Below the pieces are notes generated by a model that worked only from the letters and a program-made list of their open reading frames with translations, did no database searches and was not told the DNA's origin. This document shows, in pieces, positions 41,001 to 55,278 of a stretch of DNA of 64,000 nucleotides; the stretch's first letter is position 1; each line of letters starts with the position of its first letter. A program made the position numbers and the translations under genes. Source of the stretch: Balanoglossus misakiensis (taxonomy: Eukaryota; Animalia; Hemichordata); assembly GCA_040954595.2 (NCBI GenBank), contig CM082581.2, forward strand, positions 14,375,350 to 14,439,349, written 5' to 3'.

Positions 41001-44000
41001 CTATTCTATAAAAATGATGAACTTTACATGTATGGGCCTGATAAGAATGTTGGTAATGGTACCCTTGGCCATACAGCTTGTTTACACAGTAAAAATTAAA
41101 TGAGCTGATGAACTACATTCTTACCAAAGAAAGGTGGTAATCTTTATAAAATAAAATAAAAGCCGTCTGTACAGCATTGTAAAATTACACGTAATTATCA
41201 TTTTCATCAGTGCTATTGTGTGTCTTACACCATTGATGTAATTTAAATGACTGAAAAAGAAATATTGATTTGTGGCTCTGAATATGTGTGTTTAAATAGT
41301 GATCATTTTAAACATTAAATACATTTGCATAATGTTGATTTGCTGTATAATACTCCTCTTATAATAATTCAATAGACTGTCATCTCGTCCATATTGAAGG
41401 GAAATCCATTGTTTTTTTGAATCAATATGTAATTATGATGGTAGGTTTCAAACAGCAGTTGAATTATTTTTATCACTGTCTGGGTTGGATATCAATAGCA
41501 TGGCTTTGTCTGTTCTAGAACAAAGGTGAAGTGAATGAATGTAACACAAGTTTTTGTCTTGTGTGCAGTTTTTTTCTTTGTCAAAATATGGTAATGAAAT
41601 GATTCTGTTCAGACCATACAGCATATGGATGAAGTAGTGTTTTCTTTTATTTTGTTTTCACTTGATATAAACAATTAGTACCTGCTAGATTCTTTATTTG
41701 TTGAGTCACTGTCTTGATGTGTGTGTCACTGAGTACTTTCATGGCAAAATTTCTGGTATTGACCAAACTTTAATACTTCATGGAGTGTATCTCGAAGAGG
41801 TGTGAACTGAAAGTATCTAATGCAAACGGGCCACAGCTCCTGTATGTAGTACAACATAGAACAATGCCACTTGAGCCCCACACAAAGCAAAAAGTATCCA
41901 AATGTGCTGATTTTGATGGCTTTTGAAATTTTAGATGACTGATGGACCAAACATTGAACAAAGGGAAATCTCACCTTTGCAAAGTTTCCTGTTAAGGAAG
42001 GATTGATGGATTTTTTTCTCTTCCTAAAGTGAATTTACCAATCAAGAAGACAGAATACTCTCTGAATTTGGAAATTAGTCACAGCTGACAGTGATACAGA
42101 CAATTCAGAATGATGGGAGTTGAATAGTGTGACTGTGAACTGAATACGAACAATTGAGAGTTGTTATCATTACATTAGCCCCATTGTTAGCTTTGTTCAC
42201 GAAAGAGTGTAACAAGAAATAAAAGTCGGCCATCACAATTGATGGTGTTATATTGCTGTCATTGGCAATTTTTTTATCAGGACAAAATCAAGAAATCTTT
42301 TATAAGTAATTAGTTCTCCATTCTGTTATCAAATTATCAAATACAAATGCAGTATTGCCGGTTTCTCAGGTTTCTGTGTAATTTCTGTGAAAGCAGGTGG
42401 ACCATGAATTCATGTTGAAGCATTGGAGGGATTTTCTGACTGGCACCAGATATATCCATGAAGTGCAAGGCTATTGGTCTGACACTCTGGTTCCCACCTG
42501 TTGCACTTGGGTTCCCTTCTTATCTGAAAACTAGGATTTCCACTCCCCACAAAATGCTGTATGCGGTTCATTATAGGCCAAGACAGGTTCGCAAAAGATG
42601 TGATGTGATGTGAATGGAATAGTCGTATGGTCATACTACAAAAAGAATTCTTTCATCTCTCAAGTCCTGCTTTGCATGACATGGGTTAATCTAATTGCTT
42701 GTGTGACAGGGATTGTTGTGTATGTCCGTGGAGTTGTTTGTTGTCTAGTGTGACACAATTCAGTGTACATACACTATAAATGTGATGTAGTTCTAATGTT
42801 TGAGCGATAATAAAATGTCGTCTTGATGCCCACACTGGTGATATGGCACTTCCTGCTTGAAAACTGGGTAGATTCTAGTTTTGGGGAAGGGACTCCTGAA
42901 CAATGATATTGTTCTGACCTGAAATTATGTGTATTGAGGATGCAGCCTTATGGACCAGTTTAGATATATACTGGGTACATGCATATTGTTATAGTCTTCC
43001 TGAAATAGCTTAACTGAAAATAGACATATAGTCAGAATGTTTGGCTGGATCATTCTATTCAAACTCAAAATTATGTACTGTATATTGTAAACACTGTACG
43101 TTTACACCACATCAAATTTGGGTATGGGAAGAAACGCAGATGAAATTTTCATTTAACTTGTAATTTTTTTTAAATTAAGTCACTGAAAAGTTATTTCATA
43201 AGTAGCATCAGAAATACAGCATAAATAGCAAATTATATGGTTTCACCAGATAATTTTTTTTACCTGTACTGGCAGTAGCACAAAACTAACTACATGTACA
43301 ATGCAATGTAGGTTGTACAATTGTACTGGTACGGTGTGCATCTACTGCTAGTATGAAGACTCTATACCCATTGATTATATGACAAAAAATATATAGCCCA
43401 TGTGCTTGAAACAGCCATAGAAATGCACATAATTGTATGTACACACTGACCCACAAATTATTGTTTGTACCGCTATCACATGCTTCTTTTCCCGAGAACC
43501 TGACAGTCGTCTGCACGTCACATTTTATTTCGGAGTAGGACTATTGCAATTTGCATCCCGTCTCCAGACCCTCAAGACAGTCTATGAACACCCCGAAGTC
43601 GGGTAGCTTTGTACAGTTTAGGAGAAGAAAATCAGGAGTGCTTATGAGCTCAGTGTGCATTTAAGTCACAATATTATTCTAAATGATTAAAGTCTTGCAC
43701 CAGGATTTAACTGACGGAAATTTATTGAGTGGGTCTTGTTTCTGTCTATATTCATTAGTGTTAATAAAATTCCACAGGTTGGAGTCAAACTTGTGACGCA
43801 AGAAAGTAGAAAATGTAGGATTATAATGATTATCAAATGATATTGTAAGTTACAAGAGGTCACATAGTTATCTCCAGAGGATTGTATTTGTAGAGAAGAA
43901 GACTCAGTCAATTGTTATGTGTCCAATTCAACTAAGTCTGGGAAATGGACACGCAGATCACATTCTTTCCATTTTGAAACCAACACTAGAATGCATCAGT

Positions 44001-47000
44001 ACCTTGTAGATTTCTCTGAAGTTGTTATAAAGACAATGCATTCTTGTCTTCACATCAGTTTATTTTGTGCTGTGATCCAATGTGGTTGCCAGTCAGTTAT
44101 TTTCACTCCACCATCAGCCGTGTAACTTAAAAGTCACATGTACCTCAAGTCAACAGATCTGTTTCAATGTACAGACAAAGAAATAAGATTTGCATCTGTG
44201 CACATCATTTCCTGCAATAATGGGACATCTCTTTTCCCAGTATTCCAGGGTGTTCTGCCAGCAGCCATTTCAAACAATGTGCTACATAAAATTTGCAAAA
44301 ATACACGTCTTATTCCGAAATGGCTGGCTTTCTCGGAAATATCTGCAGTTTGTGCTGTATATAATCAATCTGAACATGCACTCGCACTTTCATGAATGTT
44401 ACACACGTGTACATAGGAACCAAAGGACAGATGTGTTGTACTTGATAATTTCACTCAAATCTAGCCTGTACTTTTCCGCCAGACACAAAAGACTTTAATA
44501 TGTCTGGTTCCAATTCACGCATGACCTTTTCTGTGTGAAGTTCATGCTGCTATTCAAGCATACAATTCTTGTGTTCCTGTTGGCTGCTGTTAAACCCCAA
44601 AATCTATTGTGTAACAAGCGTTTGTTTTTCAGTGTAGCTTTAGTCCAAGAATATACCGCTGCAAGGTACGTTGGAGGAGGGGGCAAGTTGCTTCATGAAA
44701 AAAAATAACAAACTTGCCCAGACATGTCAAGTTACATGGTAACTTTGTCTACTAAAAATACCCAATTGTTTTATGGCAGACAAGCTTTTATAAGATCCAT
44801 AAATGCTAAAAAGTTTTAAAAATTATAATGTACAAAGCTGTATTTTTTTCTTTTATTTACTGTTTGTCTAGTACTTGAACCAAACTATTTGTATGAAATG
44901 TTCCAAGAAAAAATTATGATCATATGGGATTTGGAAGATTGTTTTATAGCGATATGACCAAATTTTTGAAAATGCTGTGCAGTTTTATGTAAAAAAATTG
45001 TAATGCTGAAATAGGCTAGACACATATAAGATACATTTGTTGTATTAGACATCATATTTTGATTTATGATATCTTACTGGTGTGTGTGGGGATGGCCTCA
45101 GCTCAGAGGTTCCTGTGGGCTTCAGATAGGACTGAACAAGTCTGTGTAAAGCTATAGAGGGGGCCCACCACTGACAGATCTCCCAAATCACCCCCATGGA
45201 ATATTGGATTTTGTTTCCTCCTCCTGTAAATGAAGTATACAGCCAGTATTCACCAAAGCCAAGGTACCGTCTTCATTGTGTGATTTTTTGGCCTCATTTA
45301 CAACTGTAAAGAAAATGCCATTTTGGTTTTGTGATGAGCCAAAATGGAATTTCAGTACATCACGGTATTGAATTGAATTTCCTTTCTGCCCTAATACAGT
45401 GTATTTCCTGTTTGAACTAGCATCGCAGTCCCTAAGGAATTTCAGAGGTGAAAATAATTTTATTTCAAGATGAAGCTTTGATCAGTTTTGATTGATCTAA
45501 CAGATATTCAGGCGGTTATTATTCCACCAAGCTCTGTCTTGAATTACAAATCATATAAACTTGTTCTCAAATTTTCTAATTATTTTCAACATTCTTTTTG
45601 TCTATGACATACCAACATACTCTATGACATCCAAATTGTGAATATGAGCTTATTTCATTCCAGTTTAACAAGGTCGACAGTTAACCAATATATGGAATGT
45701 CACATTTCAATAATAAAAATTACACTGCCTTGTATATCCTTTATGATAAGAAATACAGTATATGTTTAAGAAATATATGTATCTTGGCTTAATTTTGAAA
45801 TTCAATGAGTTATGTTACACACGTTTTATTGAGGTTTGGACTGAGAGATTTCACAAACCCAATTCTTCAAATTGTCAGTGTTTCTTCCGCTCCGTTGCAT
45901 CCTACTGTGCCATCACAACAATTAATCTGCCATGATTCATGTCATTTTGTTGTCACGCTTTCTTTGTGGTTGTGTGACTTAGGGTCGAAGGTCATGTACA
46001 TTGAATGAAGTGTGCCCCTCAGACAAAATGAAATATCTTAGCCTGTCTGGTACATGCAGTATGTCAGGGGAGGTCACAAGCCAAATTTAGCCAAACTATT
46101 TTCTGTTGCCAAATTCATTGCTTACGTCAGTCATCACTAGCATAAACACTGAAATAAGGCAAAATAGCTCTAACAATGGGATTGTCGCATCATTGTCATG
46201 TGAAAGTAGTTGCCATTTTTGTGTGCATTCCTGGAGTGAATATTTTTATCTGCGCCCCACTCATCTGATATAAATGTACATGATGCTAATTTAAGATTGG
46301 ATGAGTTACTATACTATGGACATGGTGTCTGGGTAGATGGCTTAAGGTCATGCTCACCTTGTGTTCGTATATATCCATCCATGCAAAAATTCAAACCAAA
46401 AAATACCATATAAACATCAGATGACACATTTATTATAACCTATTTTAGTGTGATGCTCAATATTTGACTCAAGAAGGTCACAAATTCCAATCTATGGAGC
46501 AGCCGGTCTATTGCGCTTAACCATAACATTATACAATGTTACACGGTAAGATCAGATACATGATGGCATTCCCTGTTGCTGGTAGAGCGGTCCAAACACT
46601 TGACACTGTCAATCAGAGAGTTTGTTCAAACTAGATAGTCTAGCTTGCTGCTTGTTATGGTCATTGTTGACTGATCTGCATTGGTCTGGTTTGTGAAAAA
46701 CCTACATAGTCCAAGCATTGTACATTTACTTTCAAGAAGTGATCCGAGAGTATCCCAACATGAAAATTAGGGCGGATGTAAACAATTTTCTTCTACCGGT
46801 TTGTTTATGATTTTTAAATGCACATCTGTGATCATGACAACTGTATTTGAATAAAGGGGCCTTAGATTTGTATAAAATGATAAACATTTTAGTTCTTGAA
46901 ATATAGAGGTTCATGAAGTTTGATTGTTGTGATGGTAATATTAAACGAGAAAATATGAAGGAAATAAAACAGATTTCTGAATATTTTTTTTTGACAAAAC

Positions 47001-50000
47001 CATGCAAATTACCACATAGTATACAATTTCAAAAAATACCAAATGTATCCAGTGAATTTTCTATGTTTAAGTTCTTTTTAAAGATGCACATACATGTACT
47101 GGAGCATAGCTAAGCTAGCACAGGGACCAATACTATGCCAGGAATGGTTTCGGATTAACTACCAAGTTGACCAGGAAAAGAGATTACCATGTATTGGTCA
47201 TCTTGGGCTGCACATGCCAGTTCTCTCTGCATAATGATATGTAGCTTCTTCTCTGATGTAAAATTCTGGCAAGTCTTGGATCGAGAATCAGATGTACGAT
47301 CGAAGTTTGGGGAGTTCATTCATTTGGTGATTGAGGCCAATGGTTTACAACTGGGGAATATTTGTTTGGCCTGTCCAAAAATGAGCTTGACACACACATT
47401 GTCCAAAAATAGTTCTCGACTGACATGAAAAGAGTTCACAGAAACAATGCAGATTTATGCTGCACCTTGCTTTTTTTGACGTCTGTATTGGCAGCAGTCC
47501 AGTTTAATTAACCAAGATGTGTGTGTATTTTTGCCACACACGGGCGTGAATGATGTACTGGTACAAGTACCAGATCATGCTCTTGCAAGATATAGGAAAA
47601 TACATTGGGCTGTTTGAAATAAATCAGAAAAATATGACGTCAAACTATGCAGTTGGCCCCATATTTGTACAGAAGTTAGGAGTCCTGACAAGTTAATGTT
47701 CCAAGTTTATAAAAAGATTGCAGTCTTGTACAAACATTGGTTGACTCATTGTCATTATTTATTTTAAGTCTCTATTATTGGATGTGCAGTTTTAGCTATA
47801 TTCATCAAAATCACATACCTTGCTGTGAAATTGTCTTTATTCACTTCACACACAATTTCAGGGAGTTGTTTTTGAATGAAACAATATTAATTCTTCTTGT
47901 ATTAAACTCTATGGCAATCAATCTTAACTCATTATACCAAACTCTTGGTTGAAATGACTGCCACAGACTGACAGTGGTACCCATACTGTACTAGCCAACT
48001 GGTTATGCCATGTGCAGTGGTACCATCACTGATCCTTTATGTATCTAAACCTCAGTGAATGATTCCACTAATCAAACTCCAATCCAGACATTTCAAGTGT
48101 GTCCACCTCTCTTTTTGCATAATTTTTAATGGAACAATGAAATGTGTTTTAGATAGATCATATTTGTACAGTTTGGATTGTGTGTTTTTAACCAAGTATT
48201 TTCTTCTGTTCTGTAAATGACAGGCCTTGAATGTGTTGCTGAAACATTATTTGGAGAAGATTTACTCAAGAAAGTGTTACCATTTTATGGTAAGTTTATG
48301 GAATTCAGTTGCCACTCTGAAGGTTTTTATAAAGTGGTTTCCTGTAGTTGCATTGTGGGAATTATGTTATCTCATTGAGTTGAATTTCTATCAGGGAAAT
48401 GCTCTGAAATTTTATCCAAAGCCAGACAAGTGTTCAGAAACACATCAATGATTCATCCCGAAATTCAGCTATAGAAATATATACTTCATGTCTCAAATAG
48501 GACTTAGTGCTAACATGTAGACATACATCACTGTGGACTCATAAAGGTTGTAAACAACAAAATTATGAAATTTAAAAATGTCATACTCATTGTCTTGTGT
48601 GATTGTAAAAGGAGTATGTCATGCGGTGGTACCCTCTACAAGGAATGGCTGTATGTTTTTCTAATAATACCACATTGAGGAAGTATAGGGCCAAGCTCCA
48701 AATGTCAGCTCCTCCGTGTGGCTTTAAAACTGGGTTTCTTCACAATCATGTTTTTGTTCCCTTCGATATTGAAATATCCCCCCCCCCCAATTTCTTACAA
48801 TTCGTCCTCTCTGAACCTTTCTTTCCACAATGTTACACACCATTTCAGAAGATGAAGAAGATCAGCACGATGTTAAAGACTGGCATATGTTTCAAGACTG
48901 TTCGCTTTGTTCAGCTCGACAGCAGCTTGTCACAGTAAGTACTTTCATGTCAACATGCACATGTGCAGTGTGAGACATTTTCAAAAATATTTACAGTTCT
49001 AATTCCATAACCTGTCAAAACATTTTCCACTGTGAAAATGTGTGTTTGTTTTACCAGGAATGACATGTATTTTTACTCTACATACACGCATAATTAACAT
49101 ATCTCTCTGGGAAGAGGATTTAAAAAAGTGACTACTGGTACATTTTATCAATTTGCTGATACATGAATGCATGTTCTATGAAAATCCCTTGTGTTAGACT
49201 GAGAGGTTTAAGGTAATTAAAAATAGTCCTGTGACATCATGCATTGCTAGCTCATCACTCCAACAGACAAATGTATCAAACTGATGTTGCTTGATTCCAT
49301 GTATGAATTGGCATGTGTTATTGTGGTGGCCTTGGTGTTTTGTATTTTTATATTAATATCTTGGCCGTTGTCACTGAGGTTGGTTGTCAGCCAGGAAAAA
49401 TGTAGATATCTGAGCAAGTAAGTAATGCAGGTATGATACAATGCCAAGTTCCCAGCTGTCTTATCTGCAAGACGGTGAAACGAGATCCTTTCAGGATCTC
49501 AGGGTGACAGTGTAGTGCGCGTATGAACATATGTATACCTTGAGAAAGATTCTAATAGCGGAGGTTTGTAAGTTGTGTTCTGCCTGTTGCCTGTTTCATC
49601 TGATACTTTGGTAACCAGATGTTGTCAGGTAAAATAAACTATATCTGGAAACCTGAGATTTTAGCTTATGACTAACATTTAAAAAAAGTTTTGTGTGTGA
49701 AGCAAAAGTAAATTGTAAGTGCATTTCTGCTTCAACCTAAACCTAAACGGATTATTTTGTGTCCGCAACGTGTCTGTGTACATGATAGCATCAGAGAAAG
49801 GTAAAATGTAAAATACACTCAAATTATTCACTGAAACAATTGGACATAATTAGGATGAGAGCTATTTGGGTTTGAATAAATAATTCATGGTCACTTTCAA
49901 GGAGATATCCTGAGTCAAAAAAAATCTTGTCAAAGTCAAATCTGGTGTTTTGGCCTCTTACGTTTTGACGAATTGGTGATTATTTTTTTTTTTAGTTAGA

Positions 50001-53000
50001 GAGAAAACTATTTCAATGTTAAATCCGAGTCAAGATATTGGGTAAAATGATGGACGGCACAGAGTGGGCAAAGATGTAGAAATCCTTGACAAGCCTCCCC
50101 AAAAAGACTTAAATTTCATTTGAAGGCAAAATTTCATTTGGAGGCAAATCCTGAAATCAAATTTTATCCTTTTTGTCCAAGTCAATGCACTCAAATAGGA
50201 CAGAAGGTTAATATTTCATGTTTGATTGGTTACTGTGGTAACCATGCTCACTTTCATCACCTAGAGGGTTCATCTCCTTGCGCTGAAGCCCTTGAGCATG
50301 TGGTTTTTTTTTAAATCAGGTAGTGAACAAGTTATGTTATGTAATCATTCCATAACCTTTACAGTATAACGTGTTAGTTCTGCTGTCAAGGATGCAGTTG
50401 AAAGCAAGCGGCTGATAAAAGATAAATTTTGAAAAATGATGAATTTTGAAAGTATAGAATGTACGACCAAAACACCCAAATGCGCTGTTTTTTGTGTTTA
50501 TTTTGAAGTTAATATTTTTCAGACAAGTAAGTAATATTGACAGTGTTGAATGAGAGACTGCAAACACAAAATAAATTAACGTGAATTCTTCCAATTTTCT
50601 CCTTAAAGTTTTCTCTGAACTTTCTCATTTGATAGCAACACACAATGCTGATCAAGTCCACTACAAGCTCATTGGAGTTATTATAATCTTGGAACAATTC
50701 ATCACACAAGAACCAGACATATTCATTATAAACATGTTGTGTAATGTTACACACTAGGTTTATATATAAATCTGGAATATTATTGCAGCCAGCAGTAACC
50801 TCTGTACAATCAAGGCTACATACTCTGACACCTTAACATCACATGTCGTCACTCAAACTCTCTCACTCACAAAAATCAAAGTGTCCACTTCACTGGTTTA
50901 AAGATAGATGGACTCTGAAGTCTCCGTGAAGACTGGTGAATCATTCAATCTAACAGAGCTGCTTCGTGAAAGCTTTAAAGAATTTTGCTAACTAATATTG
51001 ATTTATAGCTGACCTATTGACTCTTTGTTTTGGAGTGAAAGATAATCCAGTTCTCTCAATTGAAGCTGACTTCAGTCAAAAAATATGCCCCAATGACGTA
51101 GCCTCTTGCAAAAGTCCCAGTATAGTATTACTGCCCATTTTAAATGGAGGATTTTGTGCTTTATACACCCATGCATTAATATGTCAAAAGTTAAATGAAA
51201 AAGTAGGGAGTTTAACCTTATTTGGGGGGATTTGTAATCAAATTTAACATTGTTGCCTGAAACTGCAGAGATTCTGTGGTTTTTGTGATGAAAATGAAAA
51301 TAAACAGCGCATACATACGTGTAATTTATTGTATCTTTTCGTATAACTTGATCCATGAGCTTTCTTAAAGTAGGAATTATGAAGATCCGAGTCAGTCTTG
51401 CAGTCTTAACGTTGTCTGCGTGGATTTTGCCATACAACAAGTAGGATTTGTTGGTTGCTTTGAGATTAGTGGGATTTGAGTGACTGATACCGGGTTAGGT
51501 ACAAAGACATAATGGACTTCTGATGCAGAGAGATATGACCAAGATCCTGACACTCAAAACCTGGTGTTTCTCTCTCTCCCAGGGGAAACCAAATAATTCA
51601 AAAATACACTTTGTCATACGATCGAGATGTCATGCACATTTCCATATGCAAGTGCATGCATCCTTTCTTGCATTGGGAGAAGCACAGATTGAAGTCTCCT
51701 GCGTCAGCTGTACACTGTTCCCTTGCATTGTTTGCAGCTAGTTCATCGTAGCTCAGGCACAATCATGCAGTGTTGTTTTTGCTTTTTACACCAGGAGTCT
51801 CTGGCCAGACATCAACGATACATAGACGACATGAAAGTGGCTAACAACAGTCAGAAACACAGTGTTTACTTGGAGTACATGCATCCTGATATCCTGAGAG
51901 GTAAGGAGTCACATCTTTGGTCACATTTCCCAAATTTTCACATACAGGTAAAATGACTGAGTCATGTCAAAATGTATCAGCTCAGATCAATTAAGGTATG
52001 GTACACCTTCGGCCAGAGCAAGGGTAAAAATCGATCACAAAATAAATAAATCTGCTGAAAACATTGTGTTTGTATGTCATGATATACACATTCAATAATG
52101 TGGCTTTTAATGACAAAATGATCACAGATTTCTACTAGTTTGTAATTTTAAAAAAATCAATTGCTGCCTTTGTTGTTTTGCCAGGAATATCTGATGAACT
52201 ATATTTTTTTTCTCTGACCTCGGGAATAAATATTCTGAGAAATGGAATTCCTTTCAAATGGTTTCATTCTTTGTTGTACATTCAAGGATACACATTAGAC
52301 ACCAACTGTTGTAACCTACATGTATGAAATTCTTTTGTTCAGTGGGTTTCTCTATGCTTGCATATGAGAGGGTGCTAATACATTTCAATAAGGTCGTTAG
52401 TTTTTCCTATGTAGAGGTCCAACTTTACCATGGATCAAACCATTGTGGTAAAAGGGGGAAACATTGTGTAAATGTCAGATATGGTGGCAAATTTTATTTC
52501 TGATGTTGGAGAGAAATAAACAAAACAAAACCCACATTTGTGTGGTATTGAAAAGATGCTATAAATCCTGACCCTTTGTTTTTATTCCTGACAATGACAG
52601 AAGCTGACTTATACAGCATACCAGAAACACCATCATCACAACCACCATCCCATCCTCCTACTCCACTGCCGACACAAGTCCCGCTAGAAACGGGATCGCC
52701 ACAGCCGTTGGATCTCAGCAAGAGACCATTGTCTCCTGATGGTATTCCTAATGGGAAGAAGAACAGCAATCCCTTCCTGCGTGTGCCATCCATTAAGTCA
52801 ACAGGGTGAGAGATTTCATCTGTGGTCTCATTTCTTAAATCCTTTCACCCCCAGTTCCCTCTTTAGAGGTCCAACTTTACCATTTGAAACAATGGGTTTG
52901 GACTGAACCGTTGTGGTGAAAGAGTTAATTTGGGAAACAAATTATTATGGATTCATAAGTCTGTGGTTTGGAAATTACTAGTAGCAATTTATAGAGATTG

Positions 53001-55278
53001 ATATTGATTTTCTTGGAATAAGAATATACATTGCAGCAAAATGACTGTTGGAGATATTCTCTGTGATTGTATTTTTGGGTTTTGTTTTTCCAGTAGACAC
53101 CAACATGGTGAAAGTCGAAGGGGACGTCCACCATTCAAGAGCTCCTACAATAGCACATACACAGAATCTGACCTGAGACAGGCCATACGTGACGTACGCT
53201 GTGGCAAGCTGGGAACGAGGAGAGCGGCCATCTTGTACGGCATACCCAGGTCCACCATCAGAAACCATCTCAACAAGCCGGATGTGTGGAAGGACGAGGC
53301 CAGACCCAACTCGCCCAGGGAGAACTCTAACTCCTCTCTGGGCGACCTGCTTGAGAAACAGTCAACGGTGTCCAACGCCGGCAGCGTGGACAGCTCACGG
53401 AACGAGGAAAGGGAGTGGAATGGAAGCAGCAAAGAGGTGGAAGAAGTGGAAGAGACGGAACTGATGGAAATGAATGACAAACGGGAGAATTCAGAGATCG
53501 GAGCCACAGATGGAAACTCGTCTGGCCCCGACGGTGAAGAGGTTGACCCGGTCACAAAACTTCGAAACTTCCTGAAGGAGAAACCGGACCCAGAAGAGAT
53601 CTGCAAACGCAGATTGACTATGGGCGAGCTGATGAACGATACCATATATGCAGGGATGCTTGAATCCATGACGGATCAGTATGGTGGTCTCAAAAGCAAA
53701 AGAGGGTCTCTCAATTATGCAAATGAAATCAAGTTTCCCTTCCCCCCTAATGTTTTCCGTCAACTTATTGAGCAGAGAGTGGTGGAGAAGCAGGAAATGC
53801 AGCGATCGGAGCAGGGTGGCAGTTCCTCGACTCCGTTGAAAGTACCCATGTACAAGCCGTTGAATCCGCTCGCTACCCAACCGGAGAGTCCAGAGAAGTC
53901 AAAGCCAAGCTTGCTCAAGGACTTCATGCCCAGGAAAAACTCTTACGGTGACACAGTCTCACCGAAATCGCACAACTTTGTTGACCTGACGCTGAAGAGG
54001 AGGAAGAGCGACGACCTCGACAAGCCCCAGAAGCAATCTCGGCCAAAGCGAGGAAGGTACAGGTGCTACGACAGGGACAACTTGGTCCAAGCTGTGGAAG
54101 CAGTGCAGCGTGGTGAAATGACTGTCACCAGGGCTGGAAACGTCTTTGGTGTCCCTCATTCTACGCTTGAATACAAAGTCAAAGAGCGACACCTACAGAG
54201 ACCCAGCAAACGAGCCAGTCGGCGACACCGCGATTTTTCTGCAGAGACCTCGTCGTCGTCATCTTCAACATCGTCCAAAGCGTCGCCAACGTCGTCATCA
54301 TCGTTAGCAGCACCTGTATCGGGGTCGTCCTCACTTGCAACGTCTGTTTCTTCCTCCTTCTTGGACAGGAATATCTCGGCATGGTCCTCATCCGAACGGC
54401 CTCGATTGGTTCCCAGCATTCTGCGGAAAAACCGGTCTCAGCCGTCTCTGAGCAGCAACATGCAGTCTGGCATGTTTGCCTCCCTGCTGGACAGGCCACC
54501 ACTGCTGGCTGTCTCTGGTATGGATGAAAGCAGACGGATTCAAGAAGTCATGAATGCGCTGAGAGGCGGCGCGTCCTCCTCTGCAAGCATGTTGGACTCT
54601 GCCACTGGAGGGCGAGGCAGTGATCCTGCCGATTGCTTTATTGTGGGAGAAATGAACCCGTCATCTCCCTCTGATCAACCCAGAATTCTGCGTGACTTGT
54701 TTGACAGGCATGCCTTTAGACACGAGAAATATCTTACTGACTACGGACCCTTGAGTACTGTGGCCTTTGATTCCAGTTTCAAGGCTGGTTCTAGTAGTAG
54801 CACTGAGGGGGGTCTGGGCGGTTTTCTTCAGAAAGAAAGTACAAAGAAGAGTTCAGTCAAATCCGATGCAGATAAAGCTTTACAAAAAAGTGCAATAGAA
54901 ACAGACACTAGTGCAATATACCAACAGAGTTTGAGTACAACAATTGATACCGCATTGAGGAATATAATGAACGCGTTCCACAGGGGCACCTCACAGGAAC
55001 ATGAACACAGAGATCATGAGTCAGACGCGAAGGAAACACAAGTCAAACAAGAAAAGAAAGAAGCAAGCACATCAGACAGTAACGGCAAGTTTCTACCCAA
55101 GGATGAAGGTGTTAAATCTAACGAATTCAAAGCAAAATTAAGGAGATCTTTTGAGAAAACAGCTCAAGACATTGGTCACGAGATGCTGTTGTATGATGAC
55201 ACAGAACCCAGTGATAGTCACGGTGATGCCCCAGAGTTCAGAAAAGTGACAAGATCGAAGTCGAGTACAAATTTTTAA
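35080..55278 (+). CDS. LCORL: LCOR/LCORL/E93 (Mblk-1)-family pipsqueak HTH transcription factor (~916 aa), 6 exons
   Basis: Exons 35080-35182, 48224-48289, 48849-48934, 51795-51900, 52601-52805, 53094-55278 (2751 nt, phases join). N-terminal CGNIRCQQERRQLRKELE..GLECVAETLFG..DWHMFQDCSLC resembles the LCORL N-domain; PLDLS motif; two psq HTH domains (YTESDLRQAIRDVRCGKLGTRRAAILYGIPRSTIRN; RPKRGRYRCYDRDNLVQAVEAVQRGEMTVTRAGNVFGVPHSTLEYKVKER). Confidence 0.9.
39654..39775. mobile_element. Partial copy of the TA-bounded MITE
   Basis: Shares AAAGGGAC-GAAGAAATTGTTC-GTTTGCAGA, GTTCTTTT-ACATGTGGTTC and GTTCGGTTTAGA-AGGTTTTA with 40569-40762. Confidence 0.65.
40569..40762. mobile_element. TA-bounded MITE (Tc1/mariner/pogo-like)
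   Basis: TACACTAAACCTGTGTAAACCG...CGGTTTAGAAAGGTTTTAGTGTA imperfect terminal inverted repeats with TA ends and subterminal repeats. Confidence 0.7.
52400..52460. mobile_element. TTAA MITE, truncated copy 5
   Basis: AGAGGTCCAACTTTACCATGGATCAAACCATTGTGGTAAAAGGG, with an internal deletion relative to other copies. Confidence 0.6.
52835..52928. mobile_element. TTAA MITE, copy 6
   Basis: TTAAATCCTTTCACC...AGAGGTCCAACTTTACCAT...GGTGAAAGAGTTAA. Confidence 0.75.

Noticed and set aside
53145-54502. Antisense ORFs of 77-174 aa
   Set aside because: Shadows of the GC-richer, Ser-rich LCOR-like terminal exon; no independent motifs.
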